Assembly: GCA_963711215.1 (NCBI GenBank)
Contig: CAVQDH010000002.1
Location: 1,110,134-1,174,133, forward strand
DNA from: an uncultured Alphaproteobacteria bacterium
GTDB lineage: Bacteria > Pseudomonadota > Alphaproteobacteria > UBA8366
Direction of reading: 5' to 3'
Length of the DNA: 64,000 bases
Position numbers and translations under genes: made by a program. Shown in pieces: positions 37,234-46,900 of the stretch; position 1 is the first letter of the stretch, and every line of letters begins with the position of its first letter. The notes beneath the pieces are model-generated. The model searched no databases. It worked only from the letters and a program-made list of their open reading frames with translations, and had not been told where the DNA came from.

Positions 37234-37983
37234 TTACTTCGAGGCGCCGAGGATCTGGCTGATCGCCCGGCGCATACGGTCATCCTCGTTCTGCAGCACC
37301 TGCTGGTTCGCGGTGTAGGCGCGGCTGATCTCGATCATGTTGGTCATTTCCTGGATCGCATTGACGTTCGACTCTTCGAGCATCCCCTGCATGACGCGCG
37401 TCTGCTCCTTGGCGGGCGTCGGCGTGGCATCCGAGGCATAAAGGCCAAAGGCTTCCCGCTTCATGCTTCGTGGATTGTCGAAGGTCACGACCCCGAGCTT
37501 GCCGACGATGTCGGTGTCGGTGGACACTGTGCCGTCGGTATTGGCGGATACCGTGCCGTCGGGCGCGATGGTGATGACGTTCCTGTCGGTCGGAATCGTG
37601 ATGGGCTGCCCACCGTCGCCCAGCACGGGCTCGCCGCGCTCGTCGACGATCCGCCGCTCCGCATCGAGCTGGAAACGGCCCGAGCGCGTATAGCGCTGGC
37701 CGTTGGGCGTATCGACCATGAAATACCCGTCGCCGCTGAGCGCGAGGTCGAGTGGATTTCCGGTTTTTGTCAGCGGCCCCTCGCTGAGGTCGCGCATCAT
37801 CCCCCGATCCTGAACGAAGGACAGCGGCACGTTCCGCTGCGGCCGGACGAGATATTCGCTGAACATCATCCGCTCCGCCTTGTAGCCCGGCGTGTTGACA
37901 TTCGCGATGTTGTTCGCGACCGCGTCCATGTCGCGCTGTAGCGCGGCCTGCCGTGAGATAGAGATAAGCCAGGGAGATTCCAT
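37234..37983 (-). CDS. flgF: Flagellar proximal rod protein FlgF
   Basis: Rod-family N-terminus (ALQRDMDAVANNIANVNTPGYK) and C-terminus. I chose the start at 37983 because a sigma-54 promoter sits in the longer ORF-track N-terminus. Confidence 0.85.
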   Translation of the reverse strand: MESPWLISISRQAALQRDMDAVANNIANVNTPGYKAERMMFSEYLVRPQRNVPLSFVQDRGMMRDLSEGPLTKTGNPLDLALSGDGYFMVDTPNGQRYTRSGRFQLDAERRIVDERGEPVLGDGGQPITIPTDRNVITIAPDGTVSANTDGTVSTDTDIVGKLGVVTFDNPRSMKREAFGLYASDATPTPAKEQTRVMQGMLEESNVNAIQEMTNMIEISRAYTANQQVLQNEDDRMRRAISQILGASK

Positions 37984-38018
37984 AGTCGCCTTGATCCGTG
38001 TTCGTCGGCGGCAGCGGT

Positions 38019-38134
38019 GCAGATGCCATGCCATGGAGAAAGCGCCCGCTTTCTAAGGCATTGCGATGCGTGCCGGCGACGAGGGTCGGCGGCCTTCTGC
38101 CTATCCTTGCAGGCTTTGCCCGGCAGTTATTTCC
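38019..38134 (-). promoter_or_regulatory. Sigma-54 promoter module for flgF-flgG-flgA-flgH
   Basis: Minus strand TGGCATGGCATCTGCA (38034-38019, GG-N10-GC). Palindrome-like TTGCCCGGCAGTTATTTCC (38116-38134) about 95 bp upstream. Confidence 0.5.
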
Positions 38135-38383
38135 CGCAGTGTCCGGACGGTGCGCCGGCGCCCGGCGGCGGGTGGAGAACAGCGCGCCGTTGAGTCTGTA
38201 TTAGGCAATATTTATTTATGCGAGTCGCATGTAATTGATGAAATCGGGGCCCAGGCAGTTGTTTAGTGATTAGAGTTTTATTTGTTGATTAATCATTTTC
38301 ATATTTGTTAAATTCGCCGCGGCTTGAAATTGCCATTATATGGATTGATTCTTCGATGCCGACATTGATCGCGGTTCTCTCTC

Positions 38384-38941
38384 ATGGCTGACAAGGCGGA
38401 CCCGGCGGCGGAAGACCTTGCCGACGACGCGGAGGGCGAGGGCGCAGACGGCGAAGGCGGCCAAGGGTCGGGGAAAAAATTCGGAAAGAAGAAGCTCATC
38501 CTCTTTGCGGCGATCGGGCTGGTCGTCCTTGCGGGCGCCGGGGCCGGCGTCTATTTCTCGGGCCTGCTCGGCGGCGGCAAGGACAAGGCGCATGCCGGCA
38601 AGGACAGCGCCAGCGCCGAGGCGCCCAAGCCGATCGCGGCGCATTTCCTCGATCTGGACGAGATGGTCGTCACGCTCGGCGGCGTCGGCCGGAAATCGAG
38701 CTTTCTGAAGATGCGGGTGAGCCTGGAGCTGGCCAGTCCGGACGACGAGGCGCGCATCAAGGCCATCATGCCGCGGATCATCGACAATTTTCAGGTTTTC
38801 CTGCGCGAGCTGCGGATCGAAGAGCTGCAAGGGTCCCAGGGGCTATACCGCGTGAAGGAGGAGCTGCTGGCGCGGGTGAACGCGGCGGCGGCCCCGACGA
38901 AGGTGCGCGACGTCCTGTTTCGCGAAATGCTGGTCCAGTGA
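38384..38941 (+). CDS. fliL: Flagellar basal-body-associated protein FliL
   Basis: Single TM, then FliL core (FLDLDEMVVTLGG...SFLKMRVSLEL...IMPRIIDNFQVFLRELRIEEL). Confidence 0.85.
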   Translation: MADKADPAAEDLADDAEGEGADGEGGQGSGKKFGKKKLILFAAIGLVVLAGAGAGVYFSGLLGGGKDKAHAGKDSASAEAPKPIAAHFLDLDEMVVTLGGVGRKSSFLKMRVSLELASPDDEARIKAIMPRIIDNFQVFLRELRIEELQGSQGLYRVKEELLARVNAAAAPTKVRDVLFREMLVQ

Positions 38942-38998
38942 TGCATCGCGCATGCGGACGGAACAGGACGGTGGCAGGCGATTCGAAGGCAGGGTGTG

Positions 38999-40111
38999 AT
39001 GGCTGACGAAATCGAGGAAGCGAAAGAGCCGGCGGCGGAAGACCAGGCCGGCGAGGCGCCGGAAGGCGAAGAGGACGGCGACGATCTCGCCGCCGAATGG
39101 GCCGCGATGGCCGATGGCGACGGCGGCGGCGGCGGTGGCGATGCCGAAGGGGCCGGCTCCGCCCGCGTTCTCAACCAGGACGAAATCGACAGCCTTCTGG
39201 GGTTCCGCGAGGGCGGCGACGATACGACCGAGAAATCGGGCATCGAGGCCATCATCGACAGCGGCATGGTGTCCTACGAGCGCCTGCCGATGCTCGAGGT
39301 CGTCTTCGACCGCCTGGTGCGCATGCTGTCGACCTCGCTGCGCAATTTCACCTCCGACAACGTCGAAGTAAGCCTCGACAACATCTCGTCGATCCGCTTC
39401 GGCGACTATCTCAATTCGATCCCTCTGCCGGCCATGCTGGCGGTCTTCAAGGCGGAGGAATGGGATAACTTCGGCCTGATCACGGTCGACAGCTCGCTGA
39501 TCTACTCGATCGTGGACGTGCTGCTGGGCGGCCGCCGGGGCACGGCGGCGATGCGGATCGAAGGCCGTCCCTACACGACAATCGAACGCAATCTCGTCGA
39601 GCGGATGATCGCGGTCGTGCTGGCCGATCTTTCGGCCGCCTTCGACCCGCTGAGCTCCGTCAATTTCCGCTTCGACCGGTTGGAGACGAACCCGCGCTTC
39701 GCGACGATCGCGCGGCCGGCAAACGCGGCGATCGTGGTGCGCCTCCGGGTCGACATGGAGGATCGCGGCGGGCGTCTCGAGCTGCTGCTGCCTTACGCAA
39801 CCCTCGAGCCGGTCCGCGAGCTGCTGCTCCAGATGTTCATGGGCGAGAAATTCGGCCGTGACTCGATCTGGGAGAACCATCTCGCGACGGAGCTTTGGTA
39901 CACCGACGTCGAGCTCGAAGCGGTTCTGGACACGACCACCGTGACGCTGGCGGAGGTCCTGGAATGGAAGGTCGGCTCGCGCCTGGATCTGTTCGCGACG
40001 CCGAATTCCCTTGTCGAGCTCCAATGCGGCGACGTCCTGTTGTTCCGCGGACAGATGGGGCGCAAGAGCGAAAAGATCGCGGTCCGTATCGAGCAGAAGC
40101 TGGAGACCTGA
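38999..40111 (+). CDS. fliM: Flagellar motor switch protein FliM
   Basis: N-terminal CheY-P binding motif LNQDEIDSLLGF, FliM middle domain, and a SpoA-like C-terminus. Confidence 0.9.
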   Translation: MADEIEEAKEPAAEDQAGEAPEGEEDGDDLAAEWAAMADGDGGGGGGDAEGAGSARVLNQDEIDSLLGFREGGDDTTEKSGIEAIIDSGMVSYERLPMLEVVFDRLVRMLSTSLRNFTSDNVEVSLDNISSIRFGDYLNSIPLPAMLAVFKAEEWDNFGLITVDSSLIYSIVDVLLGGRRGTAAMRIEGRPYTTIERNLVERMIAVVLADLSAAFDPLSSVNFRFDRLETNPRFATIARPANAAIVVRLRVDMEDRGGRLELLLPYATLEPVRELLLQMFMGEKFGRDSIWENHLATELWYTDVELEAVLDTTTVTLAEVLEWKVGSRLDLFATPNSLVELQCGDVLLFRGQMGRKSEKIAVRIEQKLET

Positions 40112-40114
40112 GAG

Positions 40115-40624
40115 ATGTCATTCCCGCACGTTTCCTTTGTCCTTGAAGTGATCGGCGCGTGTCTTCTGCTGGTCATGATCATCTACGCGATTCAGCTCAA
40201 TCGGCGGCTTTCCGGGCTGCAGTCGGACAAGGCCTATCTGCAGAAGCTGATCATGGGTTTCAACGAGGCGACGGAAAGCGGTCGGAAGCAAGCATCGGCC
40301 GGCTGCGGATGGCGGCCCTGGAAGCGAATGACGCGCTGCAGACCAACACCAAGATCGCCAAGGACTTGCGCAATGATCTGTCCTTTCTGATCGACCGCGC
40401 CGAAAGCATGGCGGACCGGTTGGAAAGCTCGATCGCGAGCGGCCGTACGGAGAGCGCCTTCCCCGAGCAGACCGGAGAGTGTCTTCCCGGACAGAGCCGA
40501 GAGCGCCGTGCCGAACAGGACCGCCGAGATTTCCGCCTTCCGGCCGGTAAGAGGCGGCAAGGACACCAGCACTGCGTCGCACACCAAGGCGGCGCTTTCG
40601 AGGGCACTTGCGGGAATCCGCTAG
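40115..40624 (+). pseudogene. DUF6468-like small membrane protein of flagellar loci, probably two compensating frame breaks
   Basis: TM N-terminus (FVLEVIGACLLLVMIIYAIQLNRRL) in frame a. The convincing helical middle (IGRLRMAALEANDALQTNTKIAKDLRNDLSFLIDRAESMADRLE) is in frame b. The plausible tail ending ALSRALAGIR* is back in frame a. The first break is at AAA 40275-40277. Confidence 0.5.
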
Positions 40625-40628
40625 CTCC

Positions 40629-41369
40629 ATGCTGCAACGACTTCGCATCCTGCCGCTGCTGATCCTCGTGTCGGTGGCGATGTTCACCTTGAAGCTCGGC
40701 ACGATCTGGCAGGACATCATCGACCTCAATGCCTCGATGAAGTCGCGCCCGGCGCTGGCCGCAGAAGCGGGAGCGAAGCCGGATGCGAAAGCGCCGGAAA
40801 TGCCGAAGAATGCCGGCCCGGCGGCAGCCGCCAAGGCGCCGGCGGGGAAGTCGGATCCTTCGGCGGAGCTGCCGACCGCGGCACCGCCGGCCGGCGACGG
40901 CTCGTTCGATCCCCGGGATCTCAGCCAGTCCGAGGTGCGGTTGCTTCAGGCCCTGTCGGAACGCCGCAAGCAGCTGGATGCCCGGGAAAACAGCCTCAAC
41001 CAGCGCGAGGCGCTGCTCAAGGCCGCGGAACAGCAGCTGGTCGACAAGCAGGCGGATTTCGTCGCGATGCGGGACGAGGTCAAGGGGCTGCTCGGCCAGC
41101 TCGACGAACAGGAGAAGAAACGCATCAATAGCCTGGTAAAGCTTTATGAAACCATGAAGCCCAAGGACGCGGCCAAGATCCTTAACGACCTCGAATTGAG
41201 CGTCCTGCTCGGCGTCGTCGAGCGGATGAACGTCCGGCGGCTGGCGCCGGTTCTGGCCGACATGGACCCGGAGAAGGCACGCGCCATTACCCGGGCCCTG
41301 GCCACCCGCGAAAAGGCGCAGAAATCCTTGTCCGAGCGCATGAAAGACAGCGTCGCCGAACGCAAGTAG
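40629..41369 (+). CDS. MotE/FlbB-like protein (MgtE-N-like domain)
   Basis: N-terminal TM, coiled coil, then KRINSLVKLYETMKPKDAAKILNDLELSVLLGVVERMNVRRLAPVLADMDPEKA (MgtE_N-type helices). Confidence 0.6.
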   Translation: MLQRLRILPLLILVSVAMFTLKLGTIWQDIIDLNASMKSRPALAAEAGAKPDAKAPEMPKNAGPAAAAKAPAGKSDPSAELPTAAPPAGDGSFDPRDLSQSEVRLLQALSERRKQLDARENSLNQREALLKAAEQQLVDKQADFVAMRDEVKGLLGQLDEQEKKRINSLVKLYETMKPKDAAKILNDLELSVLLGVVERMNVRRLAPVLADMDPEKARAITRALATREKAQKSLSERMKDSVAERK

Positions 41370-41483
41370 CCATATTTCCTCGCAAATTTACCAAGATTTA
41401 ACGGAAACAGGGTTGTATTCCGCGCGTAGTAGGGGGGCGGCGCGACTTCCTCAGCCGCGACTGACCGCGAGGAGATTTGGTTC

Positions 41484-41870
41484 ATGGCCGTTGATTTGAA
41501 TATGCCGGTTCTGATCGTGGACGATTACAAGACCATGCTCAGAATTATCCGCAATCTGCTGAAGCAGATCGGCTTCAACAATGTCGACGAAGCGACAGAT
41601 GGGAAAGCCGCGCTTGAGAAGATGCAGCAGCGCAAGTACGGGCTGGTGATTTCCGACTGGAACATGGAGCCGATGACCGGCTTGGAGCTTCTGAAGGAAG
41701 TCCGCGCGGACGATAAGCTGCGTCCAACGCCGTTCATCATGATCACGGCGGAGAGCAAGACCGAAAACGTGATCGCCGCGAAGCAAGCCGGCGTGAACAA
41801 TTACATCGTCAAACCCTTCAATGCTGCGACGCTGAAGACGAAGCTCACGAGTGTCCTCGGCGACTTCTGA
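41484..41870 (+). CDS. cheY: Chemotaxis response regulator CheY
   Basis: 128 aa single receiver domain: DD (VDDYK), phospho-Asp (VISDWNMEP), T (ITAES), K (VKPF). GAGGAG RBS. Confidence 0.9.
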   Translation: MAVDLNMPVLIVDDYKTMLRIIRNLLKQIGFNNVDEATDGKAALEKMQQRKYGLVISDWNMEPMTGLELLKEVRADDKLRPTPFIMITAESKTENVIAAKQAGVNNYIVKPFNAATLKTKLTSVLGDF

Positions 41871-41881
41871 TTGGAACTGAC

Positions 41882-42559
41882 ATGTCGCGCTCGGTAAATC
41901 CCGAGCTCATGGGCTGTCTTGAGAATCTCAAGGCGGAAGGGGATCGAAAGCTTTCCGCCCGAGAGCTCGCAGAAATCATCGGCGATGTGGCCCGCACGCT
42001 GACTGGCGACCTTGCTCCGACAACGCATTCCATCGAGCCCGCCGCGACAAGCGGCGAGCCGGATGCGGTGCGTACGGCGGTCGCCGGCGCGCTCGAGGCT
42101 TTGCGTCGGATCGGCGATCCGGAGAAGGAGGACGGTCGGCTCGCCGAGCTGTGCTCCGAGATGGACGAGATCCGGGCGGCGACCCAGGATGCCGCGGCGA
42201 AATTCCTGTCGGTCGCCGAGCGTATCGAAGATATCGCCGGTCATCAGGACATGGACTCCGGCGACCAAAGCGATTTGTTCCGCCTGGCCACGGAGATTTA
42301 CGAGGCGTCCGGCTTCCAGGATATCACCGGCCAGCGCCTCACCCACATGGCGCAGACCCTGAAGCAGGTCGAGCTTCACCTCGCAAGCGCGGAAGCGGCG
42401 CTGGGCGATGACTCCGCGATGCACGCCGCCGAGATGCTGTCGGACACGGTCGAGAAGACCGAGGCGCGCAAAGTGGAATATATCTTGCACGGTCCGCAGG
42501 AGGCCGGGACAGCGAATACTCAAGAGGAGATCGACAAGATCCTGGCAAGTTTTGATTAG
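41882..42559 (+). CDS. cheZ: CheY-P phosphatase CheZ
   Basis: Catalytic motif FQDITGQ (E. coli has FQDLTGQ). C-terminal amphipathic acidic peptide QEEIDKILASFD resembles the CheY-binding tail of CheZ. Confidence 0.75.
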   Translation: MSRSVNPELMGCLENLKAEGDRKLSARELAEIIGDVARTLTGDLAPTTHSIEPAATSGEPDAVRTAVAGALEALRRIGDPEKEDGRLAELCSEMDEIRAATQDAAAKFLSVAERIEDIAGHQDMDSGDQSDLFRLATEIYEASGFQDITGQRLTHMAQTLKQVELHLASAEAALGDDSAMHAAEMLSDTVEKTEARKVEYILHGPQEAGTANTQEEIDKILASFD

Positions 42560-42571
42560 CAATTATCCCGA

Positions 42572-43246
42572 ATGAAGCAAATCAAAATCGAGCCTCGTCG
42601 TGACCCAGGAATAACTATATTTCTTAGTCTCTTCCTGTTATTGCTTGCCTTCTTTATTTTGCTGAATTCGTTGGCCACTATCGAGGAATTGAAGACGCGC
42701 AAGGTCCTTACGTCCGTCGCGGCAACCTTTCGCTCCGTGGTGGATAGTGAGACGCGCGAGCAGATCCTGATCTCGGACTTGGGGCCGACGCCGGAAGCAC
42801 AGGATGTTTTGGAGGCGTTACAGCAGCTTTGGGTTACTGCGGTTCCGGTCATCAAGGTGGAAAAGCTCACGCCGGGCCAGGTCATGCAAGTGACGCTCCC
42901 GGTCAATGACCTTTTTATGGGTGGCCGGCCGGTTCTGCGTAGCGACCGGGAGGGCTTGTTCAATCGCACGGCTCTGCTGTTGGCGCTCAAGTCGAAGGGC
43001 GCGGTGACGGACGCTCAGGTCGTATTCGGTATTAAGCGGGGCGAGCACACGCTGGCGGACGCGGATGGGCGCCTTGCGGCCGAACGTGCGGTCAAGATCG
43101 CCACCGCGCTGGTCACCCACGGAACGCCGCCCGACCGGTTGAGTGTCGGCGTGAGCGAGGGCGACCCGAAGACGGTGCGCATCGACTTCGAGATTCGCGA
43201 TGCGGGGCGGGCGCAGGTCACTTTCAAGAAAGAGAGTGCCAAGTGA
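42572..43246 (+). CDS. MotB-like paralogue lacking the conserved TM aspartate, with a degenerate OmpA-like domain
   Basis: Single N-terminal TM (ITIFLSLFLLLLAFFILLNS) without Asp. The C-part is collinear with the OmpA/MotB fold, but GHTD becomes FGIK and the N..LS..RA motif is altered. Confidence 0.55.
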   Translation: MKQIKIEPRRDPGITIFLSLFLLLLAFFILLNSLATIEELKTRKVLTSVAATFRSVVDSETREQILISDLGPTPEAQDVLEALQQLWVTAVPVIKVEKLTPGQVMQVTLPVNDLFMGGRPVLRSDREGLFNRTALLLALKSKGAVTDAQVVFGIKRGEHTLADADGRLAAERAVKIATALVTHGTPPDRLSVGVSEGDPKTVRIDFEIRDAGRAQVTFKKESAK

Positions 43247-43953
43247 GCATGCGGCGTCTTCAGGATCTCAAGAAGCAACAGAGCCCGGACGCCTGGCTCG
43301 TGACCTTCGCCGATATTTCCGCGCTCATGCTGGCATTCTTCGTCATGCTCTTCTCCATGTCGTCGCTCAGGCTCGACAAATGGCAGGCGGTGGTATCGCG
43401 CATGACCAAGGGAGAGCCGGCGCAGGTGCAGCTGCGGCCAAAGCCGATTTCCGAATACAGCGTGCCGACCGTCGATATTCCGCCCGCGCTGCCGCTCGGC
43501 TATCTGTCGCAGGTGCTGGATGAAAAGCTCAAGCCGCAGGTGGACGCCGGCCAGGTGATCATCCAGCGGCTCGACAAGATGCTGGTCGTCTCGCTGCCCT
43601 CGGACGTGCTTTTCCTGCCGGACAAGGCGACGCTGACGCCGCGCGCGAGCCAGGCCTTGTTCGGCGTCAGCAGCGCGCTCGCCCAGATCGGCAATCAGGT
43701 CGACGTCGAGGGGCATACCGCGCCCGCCGCCTCCCCGAAGACCGGGATCGAGTGGAAATGGCGGTTGTCCCTCGAGCGCGCGGCGGCTGTCGCCGACGAG
43801 CTGAAGCGGATCGGCTACCAAGGCAATCCGGCCATTCTGGGCCTGGCGGATTCGCGCTTCGGGTTTCTCGACAAGGCAATCCCGGAAGCCAAGCGGCTCG
43901 TGCTCGCGCGGCGCGTCGATCTCGTGATCCATCCGACGGAAGGTGAGCCGTGA
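43243..43953 (+). CDS. motB: Flagellar stator protein MotB
   Basis: WLVTFADISALMLAFFVML holds the proton-channel Asp. OmpA-like domain with VEGHT...WRLSLERAAAVADEL. GTGA overlap with the upstream paralogue. Confidence 0.85.
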   Translation: MSMRRLQDLKKQQSPDAWLVTFADISALMLAFFVMLFSMSSLRLDKWQAVVSRMTKGEPAQVQLRPKPISEYSVPTVDIPPALPLGYLSQVLDEKLKPQVDAGQVIIQRLDKMLVVSLPSDVLFLPDKATLTPRASQALFGVSSALAQIGNQVDVEGHTAPAASPKTGIEWKWRLSLERAAAVADELKRIGYQGNPAILGLADSRFGFLDKAIPEAKRLVLARRVDLVIHPTEGEP

Positions 43954-46900
43954 GCGCGCGCGCCGTCGCGATATGGCGCGGTCTGCTGGCGCTGGCGTTG
44001 CTGTTGGGATTCGGCCATGCGAGCGTCGCCGCCGACGCGGTCGGTATTCGCGCGTCCGAGCATCCCGGATACGCGCGTATTGTTTTCGACTGGCCCGAGC
44101 CCGTGGCGTTCACCGTCGCAACCCGCGGCCGCAGTCTTTGGATTCGGTTCGATCACGCGCTCCGCGCCGATCCCAAGGATCTCGTCCGGCCGCTGCGCCG
44201 CTATGTCGCCGGTGCGCGTCTGTCCAACGACCGCAAGGGCGTGGACATCGTCCTGAGCAACCCGTACCGGCTCGAATCCTTCGCGCTCGGCAATTCGGTC
44301 GTGTTCGACCTCCGGCCGGTCGGAAGCTCGGCCGAGGCAGGGCAGGACATCCAAGATGCCAACTTTACCGACGTCGCGCGGTCGGCCGACAGCGCGCCAC
44401 CCGAATTGCCGGTGCGGGTCGGCAATCACGACAAATATCTTCGGCTGGTTTTCGATTGGCGGAAGCCGGTCGATTACACCGTCGAGGAAACCAAGACGGC
44501 CGTGCAGCTGCGCTTCGCTCGCGCGGCGCGCGTTGATTTGGCCGCCTTGCGCAAGCGCTTGCCCGCCGGTTTCTCCGGCGCGGCTGTGAAGTCGGAATCC
44601 GGCTCGCTGACGCTGACCTTTCCCAAACCGCCGGATCGGCGGGTCCGCCATTTCAAGGCCGGCGCCAAAGTCGTGCTCGACTTCATGCGCGGCGGCGACA
44701 GCGCCGCGCGCAGCAAGGGTGCGGTCGCGAAGGCGGAGAAACCGGCGAAACCAACCGAAAAGCCGCCCCTAAAGCAGCCCGAGAGACAACCGGAAAAGAG
44801 CGCTAAGAAGGCATCGGAGCCGCCGCCGCCCACGGCGGCGCCGGTGCCGAAAGTTCAGGAAGAGGCGCTCTCGAAGACACCCTCGGCCGGCGAAAAGCCG
44901 GCCGAGAGCGACTCTGCGACCGCCGATGCCGGCAAGGCGATGGAGCCTTCGGCCGGCGGCGCATCGAACGGCAAACAGGATGTGCCCGCTGCGGCCGCGC
45001 CCGATGCTGCTGCGAAAGCGACGCCGCCCGCGGGCGCAAAGAAGGCCGTCAGCCTCGTCTTCGAGTGGCCCGAGCCGGTGGGGGCGGCCGTCTTCCGGCG
45101 TGAACCCTATGTTTGGGTGGTGTTCGACAAGCGCGCGGAGCTCAACCTCGCCGCGCTGAGGACGGCGGGCGCCGACGTGGTCACGATGATCGAGCAGCTG
45201 CCCGTCGGCAGCGGCACGGTCGTGCGCATGATCCCGAAGGATGGGCTGAGCCCGCATGTCGCCCGCGAGGGATCGAACTGGGTCGTTCGCTTCGAGCATG
45301 GTCCGATTTCGCCGCAGGTGCCGATCGCCTTGCGCGTGCGGGCGGAAGCGGACCAGGGCACCCAGCTCGAGCTGCCGGTCTCCGAGTTCGGGCAAATCAT
45401 CCACATTCCGGACCCCGACGTCGGCGATATGATAATCGCCGCGACGGTGCGGGCGGTCGGTCATGGCATTGCGGGGCGTCGGCGCTATCCGGAGTTCGAG
45501 CTGCTGCCATCCGCGCAGGGCGTCGGCATGGAGCCGCTCAGCGACGACGTCGATATCCGCAACGCGGGCGACCGCGGCCTCGTCGTCTCCGCGCCGGGCG
45601 GGCTTCAGATATCGAACGTGAACCAGGGCGCCGCGAAAACCGGAAGCTATCTCGGTCCGCGTATCTTCAATCTGGCCAGCTGGTGGGGTCCCAAGGATGA
45701 GTCCTTCATCCCGGCGCGCCAGGCGATGTTCGCGGCGGTGATCGCAGCCAAGCCCGAGCGCCGCGACGATGCACGGCTCGATATCGCGCGCTTCTATTTC
45801 GCCCGCGGCTTCGGCGCGGAGGCTCTCGGCGTGCTTCGCACGATCGAATACGCCAACCAGGACATGGCGTCCCAGCCGGAATTCCATGCGCTGAAAGGGG
45901 CGGTGCAGGTGCTCATGGACCGCCCGTACGAGGCCAGAAAGGCGCTGCTGGATCCGAGTCTCGACCAGTATCAGGAAATCGAGCTTTGGCGCGGCTCCAT
46001 GTTCCTGGAGAGCGAGGAGCCGAAAAAGGCGGCTGCGCATTTCCGGGCCGGCGAGCCCGCCTTGTCGAGCTATCCCGACCCGATCCGGTCGCGCCTTGCG
46101 ATCCAGCTCGTGGAGGCGAGCCTCGCCGATCTCGACGTCGAGACGGCCGCGCGCTGGCTCGACCAGCTGGCCCACGAGAAGGACAAGCTGCCGCGCGATC
46201 TGGCGGCGCGGATGCTTTACGATCAAGGCGTGCTGGCCAGGGACAACCGCAAGCTCGACGACGCGGTCAAGATCTGGACGAAGGCGACGGAAGGCGACGA
46301 CCGCTGGGCCGCGGCGCATGCGGAATACGCCCTGATCGACCTTGGGCTGCAGCAGGAGACAATGACGCCGGACGAAGCGATCAAGCGGCTGGACCGCCTG
46401 CGCTTTCAATGGCGGGGCGACGATCTTGAGCTGGATGTGCTGCAGCGGCTCGGCAAGCTGTACCTGGCGAAGAACGAATACCGCAAGGGTCTCACGACGC
46501 TGCGGACCGCCGTCACCTATTTCCCGGAGAAGAAGCGGGCGAAGAGCATCGCCAAGACGATGAGCGACGCTTTCCGGAAACTGCATTTGGCCGGCGAGGC
46601 CGATCGGTTGCCGCCGCTGAAGGCGCTTGCGCTCTATGACGATTTCCGCGAGCTGACGCCGGCTGGCCCCGAAGGCGATCTCATGATCCAGCGCCTGGCC
46701 GACCGGCTGGTCGCCGTCGACCTGCTCGACCGCGCCGCGAGCTTGCTTTCCCACCAGGTGCGCTACCGGCTTAAAGGCGAAGGGCGCGCCCGGGTCGGCG
46801 CCAAGCTCGCGTTGATCTTGTTGCTCGATCGCAATCCGAAAGGCGCGCTTGCGGCATTGCGCAACAGCTTCCAACCCAATCTTCCCTACGACGTTGAGGA

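Noticed and set aside
38321-38333. Sigma-54-like element GGCTTGAAATTGC upstream of fliL.
   Set aside because: The spacing is GG-N9-GC, one base short of the invariant N10. fliL-fliM are early (class II) genes in related hierarchies. It could only be rescued by assuming yet another 1-nt deletion error.
38843-40024. 393-aa minus-strand ORF opposite fliM, 701-aa ORF (44769-46874) opposite the large TPR gene, and 406-aa ORF (47139-48359) overlapping fliP.
   Set aside because: Shadow ORFs with biased composition; the sense-strand products are conserved.
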